The position numbers and the translations under genes were made by a program. Below, piece by piece: positions 8,868-16,607 of a stretch of 46,238 bases of DNA; position 1 is the stretch's first letter, and each line of letters starts with the position of its first letter. Where the stretch lies: positions 1 to 46,238 of IMG/VR virus record IMGVR_UViG_3300030606_000015. One strand, given 5' to 3'. Source of the DNA: a virus. Its lineage: Duplodnaviria; Caudoviricetes. Below the pieces are notes generated by a model that saw only the letters and a program-made list of their open reading frames with translations, searched no databases and was not told where the DNA came from.

Positions 8868-9697
8868 ATCCCCTGCACATCGACACCGTCGGCATTATCA
8901 AACTCACGGCCGCCGATCTCATTGGCCAATCCATCGCCATCCTGGGCATTAAGGGCAGCGGCAAGAGCAACACGGCCGCTGTCCTCATGGAGGAGCTGCT
9001 CGCCGCTGGCATTCCTGTCTGCATTGTAGACATCGCCGGTGAGTATCACACGCTGAAGGACGATTACAATCATCTGGCCGTGATCGGCCGTTCCATCACC
9101 ACCCGGCCCGACTTCGATCTCAATCAAGGCAACGTCGAGCAGCTGGCCGAGAAGATTTACACAAACGGCCTGTCTGTGGTTATCGACCTCAGTGGCTACC
9201 AGGCCGACATACGGCCGGAAATTCTCAACCTCTTCTTTCGCAAGGTTTGGGAACTGGCGGCCCGGCTGCGCATTCCCCAGGTGACGTTCCTGGAAGAGGC
9301 CCACAACTGGATACCACAGCGCAAGCAAACGGCCGCCAGTGAGGTGTTCATAGACATTGCCGCCGAGGGCCGTAAGCGTGGCCTGAGCCTGATCATGATT
9401 GGCCAGCGTTCAGCACGCATTCAGAAGGACACCCTGACCCAGGCCGACATCAGCTTCCTGCACCGTGTCCGTCACCCCACGGACATCAACATCTACCGGC
9501 ACATGATCCCGCGGCCGCCGCGCTGGGTGCGTGATACCGTCTTCAGCCTGAAAACCGGCGAAGTGCTGGCCCTGGTCGGTGATCGGGTGCTGCGGGCGCA
9601 AATCCGCGAGCGCAAAACCAGGCACGTGGGCGCCACGCCCACGGTGCAGAATATTCCGGCCGTGCAGATGTCACTGCTGGATTTAATGGAGAAATGA
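8864..9697 (+). CDS. Minimal HerA/FtsK-like P-loop ATPase (DUF87-type)
   Basis: GTG 8864 overlaps the previous stop; Walker A GIKGSGKS, IVDIAGEY, Walker B FLEEAH, arginine finger EGRKRG, IGQRS. Confidence 0.85.
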   Translation: MNPLHIDTVGIIKLTAADLIGQSIAILGIKGSGKSNTAAVLMEELLAAGIPVCIVDIAGEYHTLKDDYNHLAVIGRSITTRPDFDLNQGNVEQLAEKIYTNGLSVVIDLSGYQADIRPEILNLFFRKVWELAARLRIPQVTFLEEAHNWIPQRKQTAASEVFIDIAAEGRKRGLSLIMIGQRSARIQKDTLTQADISFLHRVRHPTDINIYRHMIPRPPRWVRDTVFSLKTGEVLALVGDRVLRAQIRERKTRHVGATPTVQNIPAVQMSLLDLMEK

Positions 9698-10064
9698 TCA
9701 TGACCAGCACCAAGGCCCCGCCCCTCGTCGATGTCCTGGCCGGACTCATCGCCAGTCAGCGCCCAAGAAGCTGCCACGGCCGCTTTCGGGCGGCCTGAGA
9801 CTGGCCTACACCCCCGGACCGTGCAACAAAGCCGAGCCAGGTACCTACCGCCTCACGCTCTCCCGGCGCGGCGTGTGGCCATCGGAGGACGAGGTACGGA
9901 TTGTGCAGCGGGAATTGCGCGAGGCGCTGAAGCGCAACGGCCGTTTCGCGGGTACGATCAATTGGGAGCCGTGGTTAAAGGGGGAGCCGGTGAAACGGCC
10001 GTCTGACCGGGTGCATTATCATGTTCTGTTTTGGCGTGAGCTGGTGCAGGCAGCACTGTTATAA
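9694..10064 (+). pseudogene. Hypothetical protein with apparent -1 frameshift near 9755-9765
   Basis: ATG 9694 gives MIMTSTKAPPLVDVLAGLIASQ; the -1 frame is open from 9687 to 10064 (PKKLPRPLSGGLRL…LTLSRRGVWPSEDE) but has no start before 9873. Confidence 0.5.
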
Positions 10065-10073
10065 GGAGAAATC

Positions 10074-10715
10074 ATGAACGAAAAAACTATTAATCCAATG
10101 GGGCAAACATTTATTAGGCTTGCCGAACTACACATCATATTCAGAGCCCCGACACGGCCGAAAATCGTCTGTCTCTGTGGCTCGACCCGATTCTGGCGCG
10201 AATTCCAACGCGCCGGGCTGGCCGAAACGTTGGCCAGCAACATCGTACTGAGCATCGGCGCGGCCAGCGGAACCGATGACGAGCATTTTGGCAACTTGCC
10301 ACGCGAAGAGTATGACCGAGTAAAGGCCATGTTGGATCAGCTGCACCTGCGCAAAATCGACATGGCCGACGAGGTGCTGGTCCTCAACCCTGGCGGCTAC
10401 ATTGGCGAATCAACCGGCCGTGAGCTGATGTACGCCGTTGAAGAGAAGAAGGAGATCCGCCTCTTGGAGCCTATCGCACCGTGTCCAGATTGGAATTGGA
10501 TGCAGGCGCTACCAGAGCCATGCCCCGAATTACCCGAAGGCCACATGTGGGGACTATTCGCCTATCAGGATTCAGAAGGGTGGGGGCTATCCGTCACCGA
10601 AGTTGATGAAGAGGGTGATGACGTTGGCGAACGACACTACGACGTAGACTGGCCTTTCCCGGTCAACTGGGCACGTGCGGAGGATATGACGGCCGCGGGG
10701 TTTGAGGTGGTGTAA
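10074..10715 (+). CDS. Nucleoside-deoxyribosyltransferase-like Rossmann-fold protein with acidic C-terminal extension
   Basis: IVCLCGSTRF…LDQLHLRKIDMADEVLVLNPGGYIGESTGRELMYA. Confidence 0.7.
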   Translation: MNEKTINPMGQTFIRLAELHIIFRAPTRPKIVCLCGSTRFWREFQRAGLAETLASNIVLSIGAASGTDDEHFGNLPREEYDRVKAMLDQLHLRKIDMADEVLVLNPGGYIGESTGRELMYAVEEKKEIRLLEPIAPCPDWNWMQALPEPCPELPEGHMWGLFAYQDSEGWGLSVTEVDEEGDDVGERHYDVDWPFPVNWARAEDMTAAGFEVV

Positions 10716-11003
10716 ATGAGCAACGATAAAGGCGCATTCGTATACGGACCCCCAGCCGACCCGGCTATTGTGCGACAGCTCACCAGCCACCTGGTACGAG
10801 CCTATGAAGAATTTGTCAACAACTTCGATGGCAAGGTCGATTACCTCGACGGCTTTATGGCGGCGCACAATTTCCATGTGTTCATTATCGAGCACCTGGT
10901 CGAGGAAACGGGCAATCCCGTCTGGCGCAACGCGGCGACCGGCACATTTATAAAGCGAATGCAGAACCCGGGCGAGTACGATACGAAAAGGGGGCCTGAC
11001 TAA
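10716..11003 (+). CDS. Hypothetical protein
   Basis: GAGGTGG RBS; abuts the previous stop. Confidence 0.65.
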   Translation: MSNDKGAFVYGPPADPAIVRQLTSHLVRAYEEFVNNFDGKVDYLDGFMAAHNFHVFIIEHLVEETGNPVWRNAATGTFIKRMQNPGEYDTKRGPD

Positions 11004-11302
11004 TGACAGTCAAAAAGGGAGACTATTGGGACCGAGACGAAACGGCCGTCATAAACCGACGCGAGCCATATATCAGTGAGTTCACGAAGATGCACTTCAT
11101 TCAAACACCTGCGGGCTACGTGATTGCCACCATCCACAGGTGGCCCCAAAATGTTCACCGGAAAGCTGTCACGGTGCTGGATTTCGCCTTTAACGGCCGT
11201 TTGTGGACCAGACAATGGGAGCGCGAATGGCGACCGCGCACGATTACGACGCTGGCCAGGGAGTTTGCTAGCGACGTTGCGAACAATAATTTCAACCAAT
11301 AA
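11003..11302 (+). CDS. Hypothetical protein
   Basis: TAATG overlap; ends at a terminator. Confidence 0.65.
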   Translation: MTVKKGDYWDRDETAVINRREPYISEFTKMHFIQTPAGYVIATIHRWPQNVHRKAVTVLDFAFNGRLWTRQWEREWRPRTITTLAREFASDVANNNFNQ

Positions 11303-11333
11303 AAACGGCCGTGTCATTGACACGGCCGTTTTT
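11301..11333. terminator. Bidirectional intrinsic terminator built from two ACGGCCGT copies
   Basis: Perfect 16-bp IR AAAAACGGCCGTGTCA-t-TGACACGGCCGTTTTT between convergent genes. Confidence 0.85.
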
Positions 11334-11350
11334 GCTTTGGCAAGGTTGGG

Positions 11351-11635
11351 CTAGGACGGCCGTTCCCAAATCAGCGCCCGCGCCACCTCCCCCAAAAACG
11401 GCCGTTCCCCCCACTTCTCACAGCCACACCGTAAAATCCACTGCGCCAGATTGCGCCGGTGTTGGGGCGGCAGCAGCGGCTGCTCATCGCCCAGCACGTC
11501 GGCCGCCAGCTGCGCCAGGTCCGGCAGGTCGGCCGATTCCAGCCGGATAAAATCACCCTGATGGTGTTCGGGTTCGGCGTCGGTGAGCACACGGCCGTAG
11601 CCGCTGCCTCTGTGGTAGATTTTGAGGACGCGCAA
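11351..11635 (-). CDS. Hypothetical protein
   Basis: AAAAAGGAGG RBS before a TTG start; converges on the terminator. Confidence 0.6.
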   Translation of the reverse strand: MRVLKIYHRGSGYGRVLTDAEPEHHQGDFIRLESADLPDLAQLAADVLGDEQPLLPPQHRRNLAQWILRCGCEKWGERPFLGEVARALIWERPS

Positions 11636-11716
11636 GGTGCCTCCTTTTTTCGGTTGTTGATACGGCCGTTGTTAATCGAATATTTGACCAGTTTTGGAAA
11701 ATAGTACCTTTTGCTA

Positions 11717-11745
11717 TTGCAAAACCCAAGCGTATGGGTTATACT
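11717..11745 (+). promoter_or_regulatory. Sigma70 promoter with internal operator palindrome
   Basis: TTGCAA-17bp-TATACT; AACCCA-agcgta-TGGGTT fills the spacer. Confidence 0.7.
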
Positions 11746-11783
11746 GTAGACATCTTACAAATACAACAGAAAAGGATACGGAA

Positions 11784-12092
11784 ATGACAACATACTTCAC
11801 CTACAGCGGCAGAAATGAAAAGAAAAACTTACAGTTAGACGGCAATTTATTGACCGGTGATACCTATGATGTAAAAAACTTTATCCGTCAACATTGTGGC
11901 GGGACCTGGGATAAAGCCGCGCAGGGCTGGCGCATAAACGTTGACAAATTGATGGCTCTCACGGAAATCCGTAACCAAATCGGCCTTGATATTGACAACA
12001 GCCCCCGCCCCCAAGCCGCGCAGCAACAATCAACAATGAGCCGAGCGCAGTATTATGACCTCATCACCGAGGGGCATGGAAAAGATTGGTAG
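11784..12092 (+). CDS. Hypothetical protein (DUF5710-like TYDVK…GGTWD…W motif)
   Basis: AAAGGA RBS; GDTYDVKNFIRQHCGGTWDKAAQGWRI. Confidence 0.65.
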   Translation: MTTYFTYSGRNEKKNLQLDGNLLTGDTYDVKNFIRQHCGGTWDKAAQGWRINVDKLMALTEIRNQIGLDIDNSPRPQAAQQQSTMSRAQYYDLITEGHGKDW

Positions 12093-12148
12093 TCTGGTAA
12101 TTAAAAACAGCCTTCGCCGGGTGGGTGGTTAAACTCGGCAAAAAAATC

Positions 12149-12289
12149 ATGACCTGCGATTGTGGCAAATCAATGCCAACCGACAAAAAGCTCAAACATT
12201 TTTTATGCCGCTGTGGAAAGTATTGGAAAAAAACAAAGGGCACCTGGAAACTGATAGAAGACAAAACAAAACGACCATACAAATGGTAA
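12149..12289 (+). CDS. 46-aa basic zinc-ribbon protein (not in the ORF track)
   Basis: MTCDCGKSMPTDKKLKHFLCRCGKYWKKTKGTWKLIEDKTKRPYKW*, two CxCG knuckles. Confidence 0.6.
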   Translation: MTCDCGKSMPTDKKLKHFLCRCGKYWKKTKGTWKLIEDKTKRPYKW

Positions 12290-12300
12290 GGGGAAACATC

Positions 12301-12585
12301 ATGAGAATCAAAATCTACATTAAAGACCTTGAGCTTGACAAAGTCCTAGAGCAGTTGGGTGAGTGTGTATGTGACAGCCCTGGTCGGGCATTGCAAATGT
12401 ATAAAGTTAAGCAACTGCTCTGGGCAGAACGCGGCTATCAGCCTACGCTTTGCTACGAAGACATCAGCGACCCCGCAGCGCAATCCCTCGGGCGTCGTGG
12501 CGGAGCCGCCACTAGCAAAGCAAAATCCGCAGCCGCCCGCGCCAACGGCCGTAAGGGTGGCCGCCCGCGAAAAAATCCAGAATAG
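12301..12585 (+). CDS. Small DNA-binding protein with C-terminal KGG/AT-hook motif
   Basis: LGRRGGAATSKAKSAAARANGRKGGRPRK. Confidence 0.7.
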   Translation: MRIKIYIKDLELDKVLEQLGECVCDSPGRALQMYKVKQLLWAERGYQPTLCYEDISDPAAQSLGRRGGAATSKAKSAAARANGRKGGRPRKNPE

Positions 12586-12610
12586 GTAAAATATTCGATT
12601 ATTAAAGTAC

Positions 12611-12636
12611 AGCCCGGCACCCCGCCGGGCTTTTTC
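12611..12636 (+). terminator. Intrinsic terminator at the convergence of the early and late arms
   Basis: AGCCCGGC-acccc-GCCGGGCT-TTTT. Confidence 0.8.
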
Positions 12637-12688
12637 ATTTCCTACCCAAACGCCTCACGGCCGGTAGGACAATAGTCTTACTATGCTA

Positions 12689-15064
12689 CTACCCCAGGCA
12701 GCCAATCACCTCCCGCTTAATATCCGGCCGCTGCCCCGGCCCGTGCTCCTCGCTAATCTGCGAGCTGCCCCACTGCGAGATCCACTTCACACGGCCGTAT
12801 CCGGCGCACCAGAACTGCCGCTCGCTGTTCTCCTGCACCTCCAAAACGTTCTGCAGAACAATGCCGTTGGCAAACGTCATAGATCCATGGAGTGCCACAA
12901 TGGTGGTCACGTTCTCAGCCGGGCCGCTGTTCTCCGAGTGCGGCTGGCAGTTGTCCTTGCGGTAAAACTGCACTGTGTGGCCGCCATCGACAAACGTCTC
13001 ACCAACCGCCATGAACCGGAGATATTTCGGCGCCAGGCCCGCATCCTGGCGGATTTTGTAATAGCGCTCCGTACCGTCGCTGGCGTTGGCCGGTGACGTA
13101 TCCGTGTCCAGGCAGATCACCTCCTCGATCTCCCCATCCACCACCATTTTTACCAGCCGCCACAGTTCGCAGTGACCCTCATTCTCGCCTTTGCAGATAT
13201 ACCAGGCGTTGGCGTCTGTTGGGTGCGGCTGGACCTGATTGCGCTCCTGACCGCCGCTGGCATGTTGCATCTCGAAGATACGGCCGTCGCCGCGCAAGAA
13301 GGACAGCATATCGAGCTTGGACTCCGGCTCAGGTTCTGGCTCCGGCTCCGGTTCCTCGACCAACGGCCGGTAAAAAATCGCCTCTAAAATATCACTGCCC
13401 AGAATCGGGTAGCGGCTGTTGACCGTGGCAATGTCGCCGTGCCATGGATCCATCATGTAAAAATCCGTCTCGCCTTCGTAGCCAATCACCAAAACCCAGT
13501 GCTGGTCAAAATCACTGTCGGCCGGGTCAAAATCCACCCGGCAGGGCACCGGCCAGCCGCTGTCAATCCACTCGCGGATCTTTGGCCGCATGGCCGCCGA
13601 CTCGCGGCCCAGAAAGCCATCGTAGGCCACAGAGTCAGGATAAGCGGTGCGCAGCGCGGCGGGCTGGATGAATTGAGCGCTGAAAGCTCCCCGGCTGACG
13701 TAGTGGGCATTTTCCGCGTCCGGCAGGCGCGTGGTCAGGCCCCAGAAGCGGGCCAGGGCATTGTAGGCCACCAGTAGGCAGCCCCACGATCCAATCGTTT
13801 TACCGTGCCCCGTCGCCTGGCCCAGCGTCGTGTTGGCCCAACGGCCGTCACGCTGTCCCAGCGGCTCGACGTTCAGATACGGCAGTTCCGGTTCTGGTTG
13901 CTGGCCGTTGCTATACAGCGGCTGCCAGCCGTAGCCCGCCGCCTCGACCAGGTCCACGGCCGCATCGTCCCGATCCGGATGAGAAAACTTGACCAGCGAT
14001 TCTTCATTGCCGCCGCCCAGAACGGTCAGCATGTCATCATGGCTGGCCGTCATCGTGTGCCGGAACGGGTAGGCGGTGACGGCCGCTTCCTGCCACTCTT
14101 CGGCCGTCACGTCCTGGGCTACCTTCACCACAATCGCTTTATGCTTCTCCATTGGTTGCTCCACCTCCGGGGGTGCCCATTTCGGCAGCCCCTTATAAAG
14201 TTTTGGTTCGATTTGCTTCAAATAGGCCGTGTAATCGGCATTAAACTCGCTGCCGCCCGTTTCCCACCAGCACAGGCCAATCAGCAGCCCGCTTTCGGCA
14301 TACGGCCGCAGCGCCGCCTCCCAGCCTAAAACCTGCTGCTCAAAACGGCCGTAATCCACCACACCGTAGCCGGCCTCAAGCCCACATTCGGTGAGGATGA
14401 CGCCGCCACCGTAACCGGCCGATTGCAAATACTCCAGTTCCCGAATGACCCGCGCCGGTTGGCCGGGCTTGGGCGTGCCGTCCGGCAAAACCAGGTTGCC
14501 GGTGCCGGGAATGTCTTTGCCGGCGGCGTCCCTGTCAGCCTGGCCATAAACGTGACGGCCGTACACGTGCCCCCAGGTTTCCCAGGCTTCGACAATGAAC
14601 GGCGCGATGATTTGCTGCCACAGTTTAAAATCACCCGGCGTGCCCCCGGCCAGGTTGCCCACGCAGCATTTATAGCCATCAGCACCGGCCGCCCAGCTAA
14701 TGGCCCGGTCAATATCCACCATGCGCTGGATGGCCCACGGGTCATTACCGCCCTGTTCGTTTTGAATAATTCGGTAATGGGTTGGGTTTTTATCCCAGGC
14801 GGTGCGAAAGCTGCCGCCGTTTTCCGTGCGTTCCTTGAACCAGTAGCGGCCGTACTGGTCCCAGGTGACAGCGCCTGGCTGGAATGTATGAAAGTCGGGG
14901 CTGGTTTCACCATTGGGGAAAACGAGGGTATCGCGCAGCACGGTGATGGTATCCGGGTGCTGCTCATCACCACCCAGCCCCACGCCGTTCAGCGAAACCA
15001 CCGCCCGCGCCGGGTATCGCTCGATGCCGTTAGTTCGCATGTGGAGCCCGGTTAAGCCGACCAT
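12689..15064 (-). CDS. Multidomain endolysin: N-terminal glycoside-hydrolase-like barrel, central C39-like peptidase, C-terminal beta-rich domain
   Basis: Last late gene, downstream of the holin; LGQRDGRW…TIGSWGCLL…QHWVLVIG…DPW (C39-like Cys/His/Asp); HVYG and ILTECG in the N-terminus; PEPEPE linkers. Confidence 0.75.
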   Translation of the reverse strand: MVGLTGLHMRTNGIERYPARAVVSLNGVGLGGDEQHPDTITVLRDTLVFPNGETSPDFHTFQPGAVTWDQYGRYWFKERTENGGSFRTAWDKNPTHYRIIQNEQGGNDPWAIQRMVDIDRAISWAAGADGYKCCVGNLAGGTPGDFKLWQQIIAPFIVEAWETWGHVYGRHVYGQADRDAAGKDIPGTGNLVLPDGTPKPGQPARVIRELEYLQSAGYGGGVILTECGLEAGYGVVDYGRFEQQVLGWEAALRPYAESGLLIGLCWWETGGSEFNADYTAYLKQIEPKLYKGLPKWAPPEVEQPMEKHKAIVVKVAQDVTAEEWQEAAVTAYPFRHTMTASHDDMLTVLGGGNEESLVKFSHPDRDDAAVDLVEAAGYGWQPLYSNGQQPEPELPYLNVEPLGQRDGRWANTTLGQATGHGKTIGSWGCLLVAYNALARFWGLTTRLPDAENAHYVSRGAFSAQFIQPAALRTAYPDSVAYDGFLGRESAAMRPKIREWIDSGWPVPCRVDFDPADSDFDQHWVLVIGYEGETDFYMMDPWHGDIATVNSRYPILGSDILEAIFYRPLVEEPEPEPEPEPESKLDMLSFLRGDGRIFEMQHASGGQERNQVQPHPTDANAWYICKGENEGHCELWRLVKMVVDGEIEEVICLDTDTSPANASDGTERYYKIRQDAGLAPKYLRFMAVGETFVDGGHTVQFYRKDNCQPHSENSGPAENVTTIVALHGSMTFANGIVLQNVLEVQENSERQFWCAGYGRVKWISQWGSSQISEEHGPGQRPDIKREVIGCLG

Positions 15065-15087
15065 TTAGTCAATCTCCTTAATGCGTG

Positions 15088-15219
15088 TCATCGCCGACGC
15101 CGCGCAATCCAGTACAGCGCGCCGCCAGCGACCAAAACGGCCGTACCGCTGCACACCCACAGCAGCCGGTCCAAAACCAATCCACTCAATCCAATGTCCG
15201 TAAATTCACTCTTGCTCAC
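15088..15219 (-). CDS. Small single-TM protein (not in the ORF track)
   Basis: GTG start; …LLWVCSGTAVLVAGGALYWIARRRR*. Confidence 0.4.
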   Translation of the reverse strand: MSKSEFTDIGLSGLVLDRLLWVCSGTAVLVAGGALYWIARRRR

Positions 15220-15882
15220 TATCTGGATTCAATCGCCAAGTCTCATTCGGCCGCTCCTCCTCAGATTCGAGGAGTCCGATCAAAACCTGGAGCGTGCGCC
15301 GGCGGTAAAAATGCCCCACAAACGTGCGGATTTTTTCCCGTTTGGTTTCGCCCCGGATTAATTCAAAATCTAGCCCAAAGGCGAAACATAAAGTCATGAA
15401 TTCATCCAGGCTGTAAGCCCGCTCCATCACGGCCGCAATGTGTCCCGCCTGGCGTCTGCGGTGCTCTTCGCGCAGTCGGCCGGTATCGGTCGGCTTTTTG
15501 GGAATGATGAAGAACCCGCTATCAGATTCGGCAACAGCGGCCGTTATTTCTCGGGCAGTTGCCGTAATGCCTTCAACCGACTCAAGACGCTGCTCCTGCG
15601 CGGCGAGCTGCTCTGCTTGCTCGTCAAGCTGGCCATCATGACGGATAGCCAGCTTTTGGACCCAATCGGCAAGCCGGGCAACTTTTTTTTTGTGTCCTCA
15701 TTGCGACTGAGGACCACCGCCAGGCCGCTGCCGATCTCATCCACCTGATGCTCGACAGTGCCCAGACGGTCGCTGATTTCCTTCTCTAGCGCCCCCAGAC
15801 GGCTGTCGATGCGCTTGTCCAGCCGCTCGACCACCAGAGAGAGTTTACGGACGGCTCCGATCAGGTCTTCGTTATCACTCAT
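15206..15882 (-). CDS. Coiled-coil protein with C-terminal EAD7-like domain, interrupted by a -1 frameshift at an A9 run (15683-15691)
   Basis: ORF 15544..15882 continues in the -1 frame (KVARLADWVQKLAIRH…) without a stop to 15206; C-terminus YSLDEFMTLCFAFGLDFELIRGETKREKIRTFVGHFYRR..L..L…RPNETW. Confidence 0.65.
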
Positions 15883-16177
15883 CGGCCGCCGCCTTCAAAT
15901 TCTTAATCACCGACTCCAAAAACATCACCCGCGTATTTAGCTCAGCGACCTGCTCTTGCAGCGCCTGCACGTCGCCTTTCCGCCGCGTGGCCAATTCCTG
16001 CCACACCTCCGCCTGTGCCTTAAAATGCGCCACCTGCTGCGTCGCCTCCACCAACTGCTGCTGGCAGCGTTGTAGATTGACCACGTCGATGTCGGCCAGG
16101 GCGTTGGTTACGGCCGCGTGAACGGCCGTTTCCAGGCGGATGTTGAAGCCGGGGAAGAGTTCCGGTTCAGGTGTCAT
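15875..16177 (-). CDS. Coiled-coil protein in the lysis module
   Basis: Heptad-rich 100 aa immediately after the holin. Confidence 0.65.
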   Translation of the reverse strand: MTPEPELFPGFNIRLETAVHAAVTNALADIDVVNLQRCQQQLVEATQQVAHFKAQAEVWQELATRRKGDVQALQEQVAELNTRVMFLESVIKNLKAAADE

Positions 16178-16187
16178 ACGGCCGTCT

Positions 16188-16451
16188 CTACTCCATTACG
16201 CTTTCAATCTGCGCCACCTGTTCGGGGGTGCTGTTTGACATTGCCTCGACCGTGGCCTTCTTTACCGTGGCCCGGTTCCAGATATAGACCGCTACGGGGA
16301 TGATCATGAAGATGCCCGTAATCAGCGCCGTTAACCCGCTTTGCAACTGTTCGCCTTCTAATTCTGGCAGTAGCCCCAGCCCCGCGGCCGCGCTTACTAA
16401 TGTCGTTACCAGCGTCAGCCAAAATTCCGTTGTCTTATATCCTGGTTTCAT
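16188..16451 (-). CDS. Holin
   Basis: MKPGYKTTEFW N-terminus, two TM helices, position in the lysis module; TAAGGAG RBS. Confidence 0.8.
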   Translation of the reverse strand: MKPGYKTTEFWLTLVTTLVSAAAGLGLLPELEGEQLQSGLTALITGIFMIIPVAVYIWNRATVKKATVEAMSNSTPEQVAQIESVME

Positions 16452-16479
16452 TGTTCAAATCTCCTTAAATTAAAGTTAG

Positions 16480-16596
16480 TTAAAATCCCTCTTCCCGCCT
16501 CGTCCACCACCAGTAAGCCAGCGTTGCGGCCGCTACCATGAGGACGGACGCGCCGATGAGGGCGAGGATGGTGAGTATCATAGAATCAACACTCAT
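16480..16596 (-). CDS. 38-aa single-TM peptide (not in the ORF track)
   Basis: TAAGGAG RBS; MSVDSMILTILALIGASVLMVAAATLAYWWWTRREEGF*. Confidence 0.55.
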   Translation of the reverse strand: MSVDSMILTILALIGASVLMVAAATLAYWWWTRREEGF

Positions 16597-16607
16597 TTGC
16601 TCACTCC

